64,000 bases of DNA from Malacoraja senta (taxonomy: Eukaryota). The position numbers and the translations under genes were made by a program. Location: contig CM075992.1 in NCBI GenBank assembly GCA_038087875.1, positions 8,558,001 to 8,622,000 on the forward strand. Direction: 5' to 3'. The notes under the pieces are model-generated. The model saw only the letters and a list, made by a program, of their open reading frames with translations. It was not told the DNA's origin and did not search any database. This document shows, piece after piece, positions 1 through 11,500 of the stretch (its first letter is position 1; each line of letters starts with the position of its first letter).

Positions 1-1551
1 AAATCCCCTGGGCCTGGTGGTCTGCATCCCAGGGTACCTCAGGAGTGGCTCTAGATATCGTGGATGCATTGGAGTTCATTTTCCAATGTTCTACAGATTC
101 ACGATTAGTCAATGTGGATTGAAGGGTAGCTAATATTATGCTACTTTTTAAGAAAGGTGTGAGAGACGAAACAGGGAATTATAGACTAGTTCGCCTGACA
201 TCGGTGGTGGGGATGATGCTGCAGTCAATCATAAAAGGTGAAATAGCGGCACATTTGGATAGCAGAATGGGTCTGAGTCAGCATGGATTTACAAAGGGGA
301 AATCATGCTTGACTAATCTTCTGGAATGCTTTGATGATGTTACAAGGTAAATGGGCGAGGGGGGGCAGTGGATGTAGTGTACCTCGACTTTCAGAAAGCA
401 TTTCATAAGGTCCCACATAGGAGATTAGTTGGAAAAATTAGGGCACATGAAAGAAAGAGTAGGGATTAACGGGTCTCTTTCAGAATGTCAGGCAGTGACT
501 AATGGGGTACCGCAAGGCTTGGTGCTGGGACTGTAGCTATTTACAATATACATCAATGATTTAGATGCAGAGATTCAAAGCAACATTAGCAATTTTGCTG
601 ATAACACAAAACTGGGTGTCAGTGTGAACTGTGAGGAGAATGCTATGAGAATGCAGGGTGACTTGGACAGGTTTGGTGAGTGGGCAGATGCATGGCAGAT
701 GTAGCTTAATGTGGATAAATGTGTGTTTATCCACTTTGGTAGCAAAAACAGGAAGGCAGATTATTCTCTAAATGGTGTGATGTTGGGAAAAGGGGAAGTA
801 CAACGGGACCTGGGGGGGCTTTGTTCATCAGTCAATGAAATTAAGCATGCAGGTACAGCAGGTAGGGTCTCAACCCGAAACGTCGCCAGTTTCCTTCTCT
901 CCATAGATGCTGCCTCACCGCTGAGTTTCTCCAGCATTTTTGTCTACCTTTGATTATCCAGCATCTGCAGTTCCTTCTTAAACATGCATGTACAATAGGC
1001 AGTGAAGAAAGCGAATGGCATGTTGGCCTTCATATCAAGAGGAGCAAAGAGGTACTTCTACAGTTGTATAGGGCGCTATTGTGTGCAGTTTTGGTCGCCT
1101 AATTTGAGGAACGACATTATTGCCATTGAGAAAGTGCAGCGTAGGTTCACAAGGATAATTCCCGGGATGGCGGGACTGTCATATGCAGAGAGAATGGAGC
1201 GGCTGGGTTTGTGTACTCTGGAATTTAAAAGGATAAGAGCGGATCTTATTGAAATATAAGATTATTATGGATTTGGACATGCTAGAAGCAGGAAACGTGT
1301 TCTCGATGTTGGGGGAGTCCAAAACCAGGGGCCACAGTTTAAGAATAACGGGTAAGCCATGTAGAACGGAGATGAGGAAACACTTTTTCACAGAGAGTTG
1401 TGAGTCTGTGGAATTCTCTGCCTCAGAGGGCGGTGGAGGCCCGTTCGCTGGACACTTTCAAGTGAGAGCTAGATAGGGCTCTTGAAGATAGCGGAGTTAG
1501 GGGATATGGGGAGAAGGCAGGAACGGGGTACTGATTGTGGACGGTCAGCCA
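1..1551 (+). mobile_element. CR1 LINE fragment (RT region to 3' end), decayed; part of the defensin segmental duplication
   Basis: Broken ORFs with CR1 motifs (QHGFTKGKSCLTNLL, YCVQFWSP, RTRGHSL); colinear with 8835-13250. Confidence 0.93.
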
Positions 1552-1743
1552 TTAACTAGATTCTATTCATTCCGTTGTAATGGTGAACAAGGGGAAGGGT
1601 TATTAAGATGCTATTAGTCACCAGGAGTTGTGTTTTCCGCATTGCACACAATATGTTATTCAACGTTTCCATAGTATTTCGCTGCATATGTAAATAAAAT
1701 GATTTCCCGACTGTTTATTCAGCTTCTATTTTCTGCCGTACAG

Positions 1744-1859
1744 CGCATTGCAGAAGAAAGCAAGGAGTGTGTAGGGTGGGTTGACGCAACAACTTTGAGG
1801 AAATCGGAACTTGCACCTACAAGATGAAATGTTGCAGAAGACGTTTTGGACATCGGTAA
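1744..1859 (+). pseudogene. Beta-defensin mature-peptide exon, type B copy 1, with in-frame TGA at the Cys3 position: AHCRRKQGVCRVG*RNNFEEIGTCTYKMKCCRRRFGHR*
   Basis: Same acceptor context as 8272 (ttttctgccgtacag). Spacing C-x6-C-x3-[TGA 1782-1784]-x9-C-x5-CC. TAA 1857-1859 overlaps AATAAA 1858-1863. Flanks are paralogous to about 8082-8535. Confidence 0.85.
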
Positions 1860-2016
1860 TAAAGTGTGCATAAATAAATAATAGTTGCATTATCACAGTT
1901 TCGCTTTTCCTTGCTTCTCTTTTGAGGTAATCCTGCTGGAAGTAACGTTTATCAGGAAAGAAGCGGAAATCGGCAACAGCTGTCAGAAAAGGCTGCAGTA
2001 CAGCATCTTCACACTA

Positions 2017-3535
2017 GACTTTGCCAAGAATATAAAGGAGGATAGTAAAAGCTTCTTTTGGTATGTGAAGAGGAAAAAGTAGTTAAGACCAAAGTTGGAC
2101 CCTTGAAGACTGAAAAAGGGTGAATTTATTATGGGGAATAAGGAAATGGCAGATAGGTTGAACAGGGACATTGGATCCATCTTCACTAAGGAGGACACAA
2201 ACAATCTTCCTGATGTACTATTGGCCAGAGGATCTGGGGTGGCGGAGGGACTGAAGGAAATCCACATTAGGCAGGAAATGGTGTTGGGTAGACTGATGGG
2301 TCTGAAGGCTGATAAATCCCCAGGGCCTGGTGGTCTGCATCCCAGGGTACCTCAGGAGTGACTCTAGATATCGTGGACGCATTGGAGTTGGTTTTCCAAT
2401 GTTCTACAGATTCACGATCAGTCAATGTGGATTGGAGGGTAACAAATATTATCCTACTTTTTAAGAAAGGTGTGAGAGAGCAAACAGGGAATTATAGACC
2501 AGTTTGTCTGACATCGGTGGAGGGGAAGATGCTGCAGTCAATCATAAAAGTTTAAATAGCGGCACATTTGGATAGCAGAATGGGTCTGAGTCAGCATGGA
2601 TTTACAAAGGGAAAATCATGCTTGACTAATCTTCTGGAATGTTTTGAGGATGTGACTAGGAAAATGGACAAGGAAGAGCCAGTGGATGTAGTGAACCTGG
2701 ATTTACAGAAAGCATTTCGTAAGGGTCCACATAGGAGATTAGCGGGCAAAATTTTCGCTCAGGAAAGAAAGAGTAGGGATTAACGGGTCCCGTTCAGAAT
2801 GGCAGGCAGTGACTAGTGGGGTACCACAAGGCTCAATGCTGGGACTGCAGCTATTTACAATATATATCAATGATTTAGATGAAGGGAATCAAAGCAACAT
2901 TAGCAATTTTGCAGATGACACAAAACTGGGGATCGGCGATGAGTGTGAACTGTGATGAGGATGCTATGAGAATGCAGGGTGACTTGGACAGGTTGGGTGA
3001 GTGGGCAGATGCATGGCAGATGTAGTTTGATGTGGACAAATGTGAGGTTACCCACTATGATAGCAAAAACAGGAAGGTAGATTATTATTTAAATGGTGTC
3101 AAGTTGGGAAAAGTAGAAGTACAACAGGATCTGGGGGGGTCCTTATTCATCAGTCAATGAAAGTAAGCATGCAGGTACAGCAGGAAGGGTCTCGACCCCA
3201 AACGTCGCCTATTTCCTTCGCTCCATAGATGCTGCCTCACCCGCTGAGTTTCTCCAGCATTTTTGTCTCCCTTCTATTATCCAGCATCTTGCAGTTACTT
3301 CTTATACATGCAGGTACATCAGGCAGTGAAGAAAGCTTATGGCATGTTGGCCTTCATATCAAGAGGAATCGAGTATAGGAGCAAAGAAGTACTTTGTATA
3401 GGGCGCTAGTGAGACCACACCTGGAGTATTGTGTGCCGTTTTGGTCGCCTAATTTGAGGAACGACATTATTGTCATTGAGAGAGTGCAGCGTAGGTTCAC
3501 AAGGTTTATTCCCGGGATGGCAGGTCTGTCATATG
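2017..3535 (+). mobile_element. CR1 LINE fragment downstream of defensin exon B1
   Basis: KSPGPGGLHPRV, NYRPV, QHGF motifs; same 5' junction (gactttgccaagaatataaagg) as at about 8537. Confidence 0.92.
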
Positions 3536-4176
3536 ATTCTCTTCTCTTTAGGACCTCTCTAATGATATCTGTCATTGATGTATCTTGACGATGAACATGC
3601 CGACAGACGGAGTGTACAGTTAACGAGTAATATTACACAATCAGAGACACAAACACGGCTGGCACGTCGGTCGAGAGGGAGATCACTAGTTGTATTAACT
3701 AAATCACAGAACATCCGTACAGTTTATGGATCATCTCCAGTGCACAAACCTCCTATAAATCTACCTTCAGTATTTACCCGTGAACAAAGAAATGTTCCAA
3801 GTGGCAATTCAGTTTTCCTCCTTCAGTGACAATATCACACCAACATAAACTTCGGAGGAAATTCAAACATGAGGGCGAAATACACTTTCGCTGACGCGAA
3901 CTCAATACCGATCGGGCGCAGAAATTTTAGATAATTACATAATTGTTATTGTTTTTGTTTTTATATTAACAGATCAGGAGAAACAAAGAATCTGGTAATG
4001 TTCCGGAATGCAGGATATAGTGAGAGGCAGGACGGAGTGAAATCAGTTTTGGCAAGAAAATGACACAAGGTCTCGATGGACGAAGAACCACTGGGACCAG
4101 ATAATCTTTCGGCCTGTGCACTAAATTCAGGGCCCCCCAAAATAAATCATACCATGACGTGTTTCCGCAGCGTTCA

Positions 4177-5720
4177 TTAACATTTTAGGTCATGAGAGAC
4201 GTCATGCCATTCGGCCCATCTAACGTGATCCGCCATTCCATCATGGCTGATCTGTTTTTCCTCCTCAACCCTTTCCCCTTGCAATCTCGCCAAAACGTTG
4301 GCACCGTTCCTAATGGGAAAAAACGAACTCCGCTTTAAATTTACCCAACGACTTGCCGCCGACAATTGGATTCCATAAATTCACCCGTGCTCTGGCTAAA
4401 TATATTCCTGCTCTTTTACATTCTAAACACAAGTAACTTTGTTTTGTGTCCACTGGCCCTAGATTCTCCCACGACTGGAAATATCATCTCCACATTCTAT
4501 CCATCCAGGTATTTCCTTATTCCGTAGGTTTCAATGCGGTGCCCCCTCATCCTTCTAATCTCCAGCGAGTACAGCGCACCGCCACAAATCACACCGCATA
4601 CGTTAACCCAGTCATCCCTCGAATCTTTCTCGTAAACTTCCCCTGGACCCTCTCCAACACCAGCACAGGTTTCCTCAGAGGGGGAGATTGGACTTTATTA
4701 CCTTCCATTACTGTGAGGAATGTGGAGAGCCGCTGTGGTGGATGTTTATGTTAAATTTTATTTGATGTGGTTGTGTGTCATACTGCTTTTCACTTGGATT
4801 GGCCGTATAGTGACTCGAATTTCACAGTACATTAATTGGTACATCTGACAATGAACCGATCTTGAATGTTGAATATGCTGCTCGAAACATCTCACAATAT
4901 GTCTGCCTCCTGATGCTTGGGTATATGTGCCCTGACCACCGCCTCATAAAGCATCAGCATTGCATTCTTGCTTTTATGTTCTAGTCCTCTCAAAATGAAT
5001 GCTAAATTTCCTTTCTGCCGGCCCAACCTATATATTTACCAAAGGTACACAAAAATGCTGGAGAAAGTCAGCGTGTGCAGCAGCATCTATGGAGCGAAGG
5101 AAATAGGCAACGTTTCGGGCCGAAACCCTTCTTCATTTGGGAATCCTTCACTAGAACCCCAATCCCATTGTACCTTCGATTTACGTCATTTAAAAATACG
5201 TCTTAGCTTTTCTTGCTGCTAAGAATGTGCAGATTGGCACACTTTGCTGCTTTGTATTCTCCTGCCACATCTGTGACCACTCTCCGAACCTGTGCAATAC
5301 CCTCAATAGACTGCCACCTACATCGACATCACCTGACCCTCCAGCTAGCTCTATCGGATCCGCAAACGGTCACAGCCATCACGTCCACCATCCAGATCAT
5401 GAACACACAACGCAAATGGTAGCGGACCCAACACCGACCGTCTGTGGAACACCACTGCGCACATGCAGCCAACTAGAAGGGGATCCCTTTTATTCCCATA
5501 CTTTGCCTTCTGCCAGTCACCCAATAGACTATCAATGCTGGTAATTTGCCTCCAATACCACGGTCTCCTTTGTTTCAAAGCCTCAAGTGCGTAAAATCTA
5601 AATAAACAACATCCAATGTCTCTCTTTCGTCTGTCCTTCTTGATACTTTGTCAAAGAATTCCAACAGATTTGTCAGGCAAGATTTGCCTTCAACATTGGC
5701 CCACTTCATGTCAGTTACGA
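4177..5720 (-). mobile_element. Old, fragmented CR1 LINE
   Basis: Minus-strand GKSCLTNLLEFF..VYLDF, SVLGP and CR1 3'-end similarity; heavily degraded. Confidence 0.7.
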
Positions 5721-5807
5721 CGTGGTCCATAAAAGACTGCCTTGGTTTTTGTTCATAGCCGTGAGGCCAAGAAGAATTTGGTAAAGTGAGGAACACAGGC
5801 ATGGTTA

Positions 5808-6605
5808 GTTTAAGAAGAAACTGCAGATGCTGGAAAAATCGAAGGAAGACAAAAAATGCTGGAGAAACTCAGCGGGTGAGGCAGTCTTGGAGCGAAGGAA
5901 TAGGTGACGTTTCGGGACGTGACCCTTCTTCAGACTGATGTGGGGGTGGGGGGACGGGAAGAAGAAAGGAAGAGGCGGAGACGGTGGGCTCAGGGAGAGC
6001 TGAGAAGGGGAAGGGAAAGAGGGAGAAAGCAAGGACTACCTGAAATTGGAGAAGTGAACGTTCATATCACTGGGGTGTAAACTACCCAAGCAAAATATGA
6101 GGTGTTGCTCCTCCAATTTACGGTGGGTCTCACTCTTACCATGGAGCACATGACAGAAAGGTCGGATTCGGAATGGCGGGGGGGGGGGGGGGGGGGGTTG
6201 AAGTGCTGAGCCACCGGGAGATCAGGTTAGTTGTTGCAACTGAGCGGAGGTGTTGGGCGAAGCGATCGCCAAGCCTACGCTTGGTCTCAACGATGTAGAG
6301 CAGCTGACACCTAGAGCAGCGGATGCAATCGATGAGGTTGGAGGAGGTGCAGGTGAACCTCTGCCGCACCTGGAAAGACTGCTTGGGTCCTTGGATGGTG
6401 TCAAGCGGGGAGATAAAGCGACAAGTGTAGCATTTCCTGCGGCTGCAAGGGAAAGTACCAGGAGAGGGGGTGGTTTTGGTGGGAAGGGACGAATTGACCA
6501 GGGAGTAACGGAGGGAGTGGTTTTTGGGAAAGCCGACAGGGGAGGAGATGGGAAGATGTGGCCAGTGGTGGGTTCCCATTGGAGGTGGCGAAAATGGGCA
6601 TGGCG
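5808..6605 (-). mobile_element. Penelope-like element fragment (GIY-YIG endonuclease end + terminal repeat)
   Basis: FTCTSSNLIDCIRCSRCQLLYIVETKRRLGDRFAQH matches the Penelope GIY-YIG region. Confidence 0.88.
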
Positions 6606-7471
6606 GTAAGTTGGGAAACTTATAAACCTGGCAGGTATTCAACATGACAGCTTTAATTAAAGGTTGGGAGGGTTGCGAAAGTGCGAAAGATTGGTAACTG
6701 GAAAACAGAGAGTGAGGGGTAGTGGGGGCAGCCATTCTCACCCCACTTGGGCCGACCACTGGAAGTGCCAAACCATAGCACTGCGGATCAAGTGCTAGTA
6801 AATAGGACCGCAGCAGAAGGAAAGTTATCATGGCCTTGGAATTGTGAGCCAATCGGCCACTTTCTGTGCACTTCGTGGCTCTCACTGTATGTTATTTAGT
6901 TTGAAACACACTGGCAATACATCTGACGATTGGAAACACGTGTACGATAAACACAAGCGGAGAAGTACTGCTAAAGAATGCACATCTTTGGCCTAAAGTC
7001 CTTTGCAAATACAATGCAATGGGAAGTAAGCTACGTTTTATGTACTGCTGTATGAATTGAGAACAGTTCTAATATTCTTGTTGAAGATCTAATTCATTGC
7101 GCATGGACACGTTGTAAGAATCACGTGGACACGAATGCCGTGTGGAAGGTGTCGTGTCTGGAAATTTGACATGCGGGTTTTTTTAGCGACTGGAGTCGCT
7201 GTGACGGGCCAATCTTGGAATGGGGAACAAGGACACATATTTATTGATGACCAGTTTATGTCAGCTAGGTAAACCATGCTCGCATCTGCTCGGTGTTCCT
7301 GTGCTGATGAGGAATAGTCAGACTGGCGGGCGCTTTCTGGAACAAATCAACCACACGCGTGCACCACCATGCTCGCCAACACAAGGCACCGCCTCACAAT
7401 ACATACAGAGCAAAGTCTACCATCAGACACTATATCTCCGCGCATTATTTGATCCTGATCGGGAAGCGAAG

Positions 7472-7544
7472 ATGACATCCGTGCTTCTTTTAATCTTTGC
7501 AGTGTTGCTCCTGACTCATCGGTTCGCAGAGGGATATGACTTCG
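7472..7544 (+). CDS. Beta-defensin exon 1 (signal peptide MTSVLLLIFAVLLLTHRFAEG + YDF)
   Basis: 24 codons + 1 nt, followed by a strong GTAAGG donor; hydrophobic core LLLIFAVLLL. Confidence 0.85.
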
Positions 7545-8381
7545 GTAAGGGACGATAAACATTTGTGTACACATACTCCACACATCGATGGTGTTTGGAG
7601 GGTGTTGATTTAAAGCTGTGCTCTTTAATATTGTGTGCAGTCCATGAAAAGAGCGTTCAAGGCCCTACCACACACACACACGCACACACACACCAACAAA
7701 TAAACACATACATGGAGGCCTAATTGGTTCAGTGTGGAACGTGAAAGGGATTACTGGATTCACATCACTCAAAAGCGGACGGAACCGTAGAGAAGAGCTG
7801 GGCAAACGTGCACGTGTCCACATAAGCATAATATATTACAATTCCATGCAATTTAAGAAAGATAATTGTTTTATATTTTCATTTCAAAGGGCGACTGGGC
7901 GACTGGGGTGCAAAGGAACGCATCCATCTCTCTTAATACAGATACTGTATCATTCCAGTGAATGTTCCCCGAACAGTATCAAAATATTTCCTCCTTCGCT
8001 GAGACATTCGCTGAGACTTTCTGCCAAATACAGCCGTCCTTTCCTTTGGACCTTCAAGAACAAATGCAAACATTCTACATTGACTAGATTCTATTCATTC
8101 CGTTGTAATCGTGAACAAGGGGAAGGGTTATTGAGATGCTATTAGTCACCAGAAGTTGTGTTTTCCGCATTGCACACAATATGTTATTCAACGCTTCCAT
8201 AGTATTTCGCTGCATATGTGCATAAGATGATTCACCGACTGTTTATTCAGCTTTTATTTTCTGCCGTACAGCGCAGTGCATACGAAGGCATGGATATTGT
8301 AAGATGGATTGCCCCCACCACTATATCCCAATCGGAGCTTGCGACGACTTAAGATGTTGCAAATATGTTGGACCGGTATAG
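7472..8381 (+). CDS. DEFB: Beta-defensin precursor, intact two-exon gene (exon 1 7472-7544, exon 2 8272-8381), 60 aa: MTSVLLLIFAVLLLTHRFAEGYDF/AQCIRRHGYCKMDCPHHYIPIGACDDLRCCKYVGPV*
   Basis: ATG at 7472 has a purine at -3 and starts a hydrophobic signal peptide ending A-E-G. Phase-1 donor G|GTAAGG at 7544/7545; pyrimidine tract and CAG acceptor at 8269-8271. The spliced product is in frame with C-x6-C-x3-C-x9-C-x4-CC spacing and GxC motifs. Stop TAG 8379-8381, AATAAA 8389-8394. Confidence 0.88.
8272..8381 (+). CDS. Beta-defensin exon 2 (mature six-cysteine peptide, type A)
   Basis: Acceptor ttttattttctgccgtacag; (G)CG CAG TGC ATA CGA AGG CAT GGA TAT TGT ... TGT TGC AAA ... GTA TAG. Confidence 0.9.
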
Positions 8382-8535
8382 TATTGGTAATAAAGTGTGC
8401 ATGAATAAATAATAGTTGCATTATCACAGCTTCGCTTTTCCTTCCTTCTCTTTTGAAGTAACCTGCTGGAAGTAAAGTTTATCAGGAAAGAAGCGGAAAT
8501 CGGCAACAACAGTCAGAAAAGGCTGCATTCACACT

Positions 8536-11500
8536 TGACTTTGCCAAGAATATAAAGGAGGATAGTAAAACGTTCATTAGGTATGTGAAGAGGGAAAAAG
8601 TAGTTAAGACCAAAGTTGGACCCTTGAAGACTGAAAAAGGGTGAATTTATTATGGGGAACAAGGAAATGGCAGATTAGTTGAACAGGGACTTTTGATCCA
8701 TCTTCACCAAGGAAGACACAAACAATCTTCCTGATGTACTATTGGCCAGAGGATCTGGGGTGGCGGAGGAACTGAAGGAAATCCACATTAGGCAGGAAAT
8801 GGTGTTGAGTAGACTGATGGGTCTGAAGGCTGATAAATCCCCAGGGCCTGGTGGTCTGCATCCCAGGGTACCTCAGGAGTGACTCTAGAAATCGTGGATG
8901 CATTGGAGTTCATTTTCCAATGTTCTACAGATTCACGATTAGTCAATGTGGATTGGAGGGTAGCTAATATTATCCTACTTTTTAAGAAAGGTGTGAGAGA
9001 CGAAACAGGGAATTATAGACTAGTTTGCCTGACATCGGTGGTGGGGAAGATGCTGCAGTCAATCATAAAAGATGAAATAGCGGCACATTTGGATAGCAGT
9101 AACAGGATCGATCTGAGTCAGCATGGATTTACAAAGGGGAAATCATGCTTGACTAATCTTCTGGAATGTTTTGATGATGTTACAAGGTAAATGGGCGAGG
9201 GGGAGCCAGTGGATGTAGTGTACCTCACCTTTCAGAAAGCATTTCATAAGGTCCCACATAGGAGATTAGTTGGAAAAATTAGGGCACATGAAAGAAAGAG
9301 TAGGGATTAACGGGTCCCTTTCAGAATGTCAGGCAGTGACTAATGGGGTACCACAAGGCTCGGTGGTGGGACTGTAGCTATTTACAATATACATCAATGA
9401 TTTAGATGCAGAGATTCAAAGCAACATTAGCAATTTTGCTGATAACACAAAACTGGGTGTCAGTGTGAACTGTGAGGAGAATGCTATGAGAATGCAGGGT
9501 GACTTGGATAGGTTTGGTGAGTGGGCAGATGCATGGCAGATGTAGTTTAATGTGGATAAATGTGTGGTTATCCACTTTGGTAGCAAAACAGGAAGGCAGA
9601 TTATTATCTAAATGGTGTCAAGTAGGGAAAAGGGGAAGTACAATGGGATCTGGGGGGTCCTTGTTCATCAGTCAATGAAAGTAAGCATGCAGGTACAGCA
9701 GGAAGGGTCTCAACCCAAAATGTCGCCAGTTTCCTTTTCTCCATAGATGTTGCCTCACCCGCTGAGTTTCTCCAGCATTTTTGTCTACCTTTGATTATCC
9801 AGCATCTGCAGTTCCTTCTTAAACATGCATGTACAACAGGCAGTGAAGAAAGCGAATGGCATGTTGGCCTTCATATCAAGAGGAGCAAAGAGGTACTTCT
9901 CCAGTTGTATAGGGCGCTAGTGAGACCACACCTGGAGTATTGTGTGCAGTTTTGGTCACCTAATTTGAGGAACAACATTATTGCCATTGAGAGAGTGCAG
10001 CGTAGGTTCACAAGGATAATTCCCGGGATGGCGGGACTGTCATATGCTGAGAGAATGGAGTGGCTGGGCTTGTGTACTCTGGAATTTAGAAGGATAAGAG
10101 CAGATCTTATTGAAACATATAAGATTATTATGGATTTGGACATGCTAGAAGCAGGAAACACGTTCTCGATGTTGGGGGAGTCCAGAACCAGGGGCCACAT
10201 TTTAAGAATAACGGGTAAGCCATGTAGAACGGAGGCTCAGTTACAGGTTGGTAGATATGACATTGTGGGGATTACTGGGACGTGGCTGCAGGAGAATCGG
10301 GCCTGGGAACTTAATATTCAGGGTTATACATCCTATAGAAAGGACAGGCAGGTGGGCAGAGGAGGGGGGGTAGATCTGCTGGTGAAGGATGGAATTCAGT
10401 CCCTTGCGAGGGAAGACATAGGGACTGACGAGGTAGAGTCAGTGTGGATTGAGTTGAGGAATTGTCAAGGCAAGAAGACATTAATTGGTGTTATTTACAG
10501 ACCCCCAAATAGTAGCCCGGATGTAGGGTGTAAGTTGCAGCAGGAGTTAAAACTGGCATGTAACAAAGGTAATGCCACTCTGGTGATGGGAGATTTCAAT
10601 ATGCAGGTAGACTGGGAAAATCAGGACCCCAAGAAAGAGAGTTTGTAGAATGCCTCTGAGATGGATTCTTAGAGCAGCTTGTAATGGAGCCGACCAGAGA
10701 AAAGGCAATTCTGGATTTAGTGTTGTCCAATGAACCAGATATGATAAGAGAATCCGAGGTAAAGGAACCGCTTGGAGGTAGTGATCATAATATGATTAGT
10801 TTTAACCTGCAATTTGAGAAGGAGAATGTTAAATCGGAAGTGGCAGTGATGCAGTTGAACAAAGGGGACTATGAAGGCATGAGAGGGGAGCTGGCCAAAG
10901 TAGACTGGAAAGGGATCCTAGCAGGAATGACGGTGGAACAGCAATGGCAGGAATTTCTGGGCATAATCCGGGAGATGCAGGATCATTTCATTCCAATAAG
11001 GAAGAAAGATTCTAAGGGGAGTAGGAGGCAACCATGGCTGACAAGAGAAGTTAGGGATAGAATAAAACTAAAAGAAAAGATGTATAACACAGCAAAGAGT
11101 AGCCGGAAGCCAGAGGATTGGGAAACCTTCATAGGACAACAGAAGGAAACAAAACGGGCAATACGGGCTGAAAAGATGAAGTACGAGGGGAAGCTGGCCA
11201 GGAATATAAAGGACAGTAAAAGCTTCTTTAGATATGTTAAGGGAAAAAGAGTTGCAAAGTCAAATGTGGGACCCTTGAAGGCAGACACGGGCGAAATTAT
11301 TATGGGCAACAAGGAAATGGCAGAAGAGTTGAATAGGTACTTCGGATCTGTCTTCACTAAGGAAGACACAAACAATCTCCCAGATGTACTGGAGGACAGA
11401 GGATCTAAGGGGGTAGAGGAACTGAAAGAAATTTTCATTAGGCGAGAAATAGTATTGGGTAGGCTAATGGGACTGAAGGATGATAAATCCCCTGGGCCTG

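Noticed and set aside
7100..7470. Defined TATA or NF-kB promoter elements for the defensin gene
   Set aside because: Only weak partial matches; cannot be supported without TSS data.
7220..7558. 112-aa ORF as a single-exon gene
   Set aside because: Only the part from ATG 7472 looks coding (signal peptide) and it ends at a splice donor; the upstream extension has no features.
9791..10648. 285-aa ORF as a novel RT-endonuclease fusion
   Set aside because: It is a chance in-frame junction between an old CR1 C-terminus and the nested younger CR1 at 10235.
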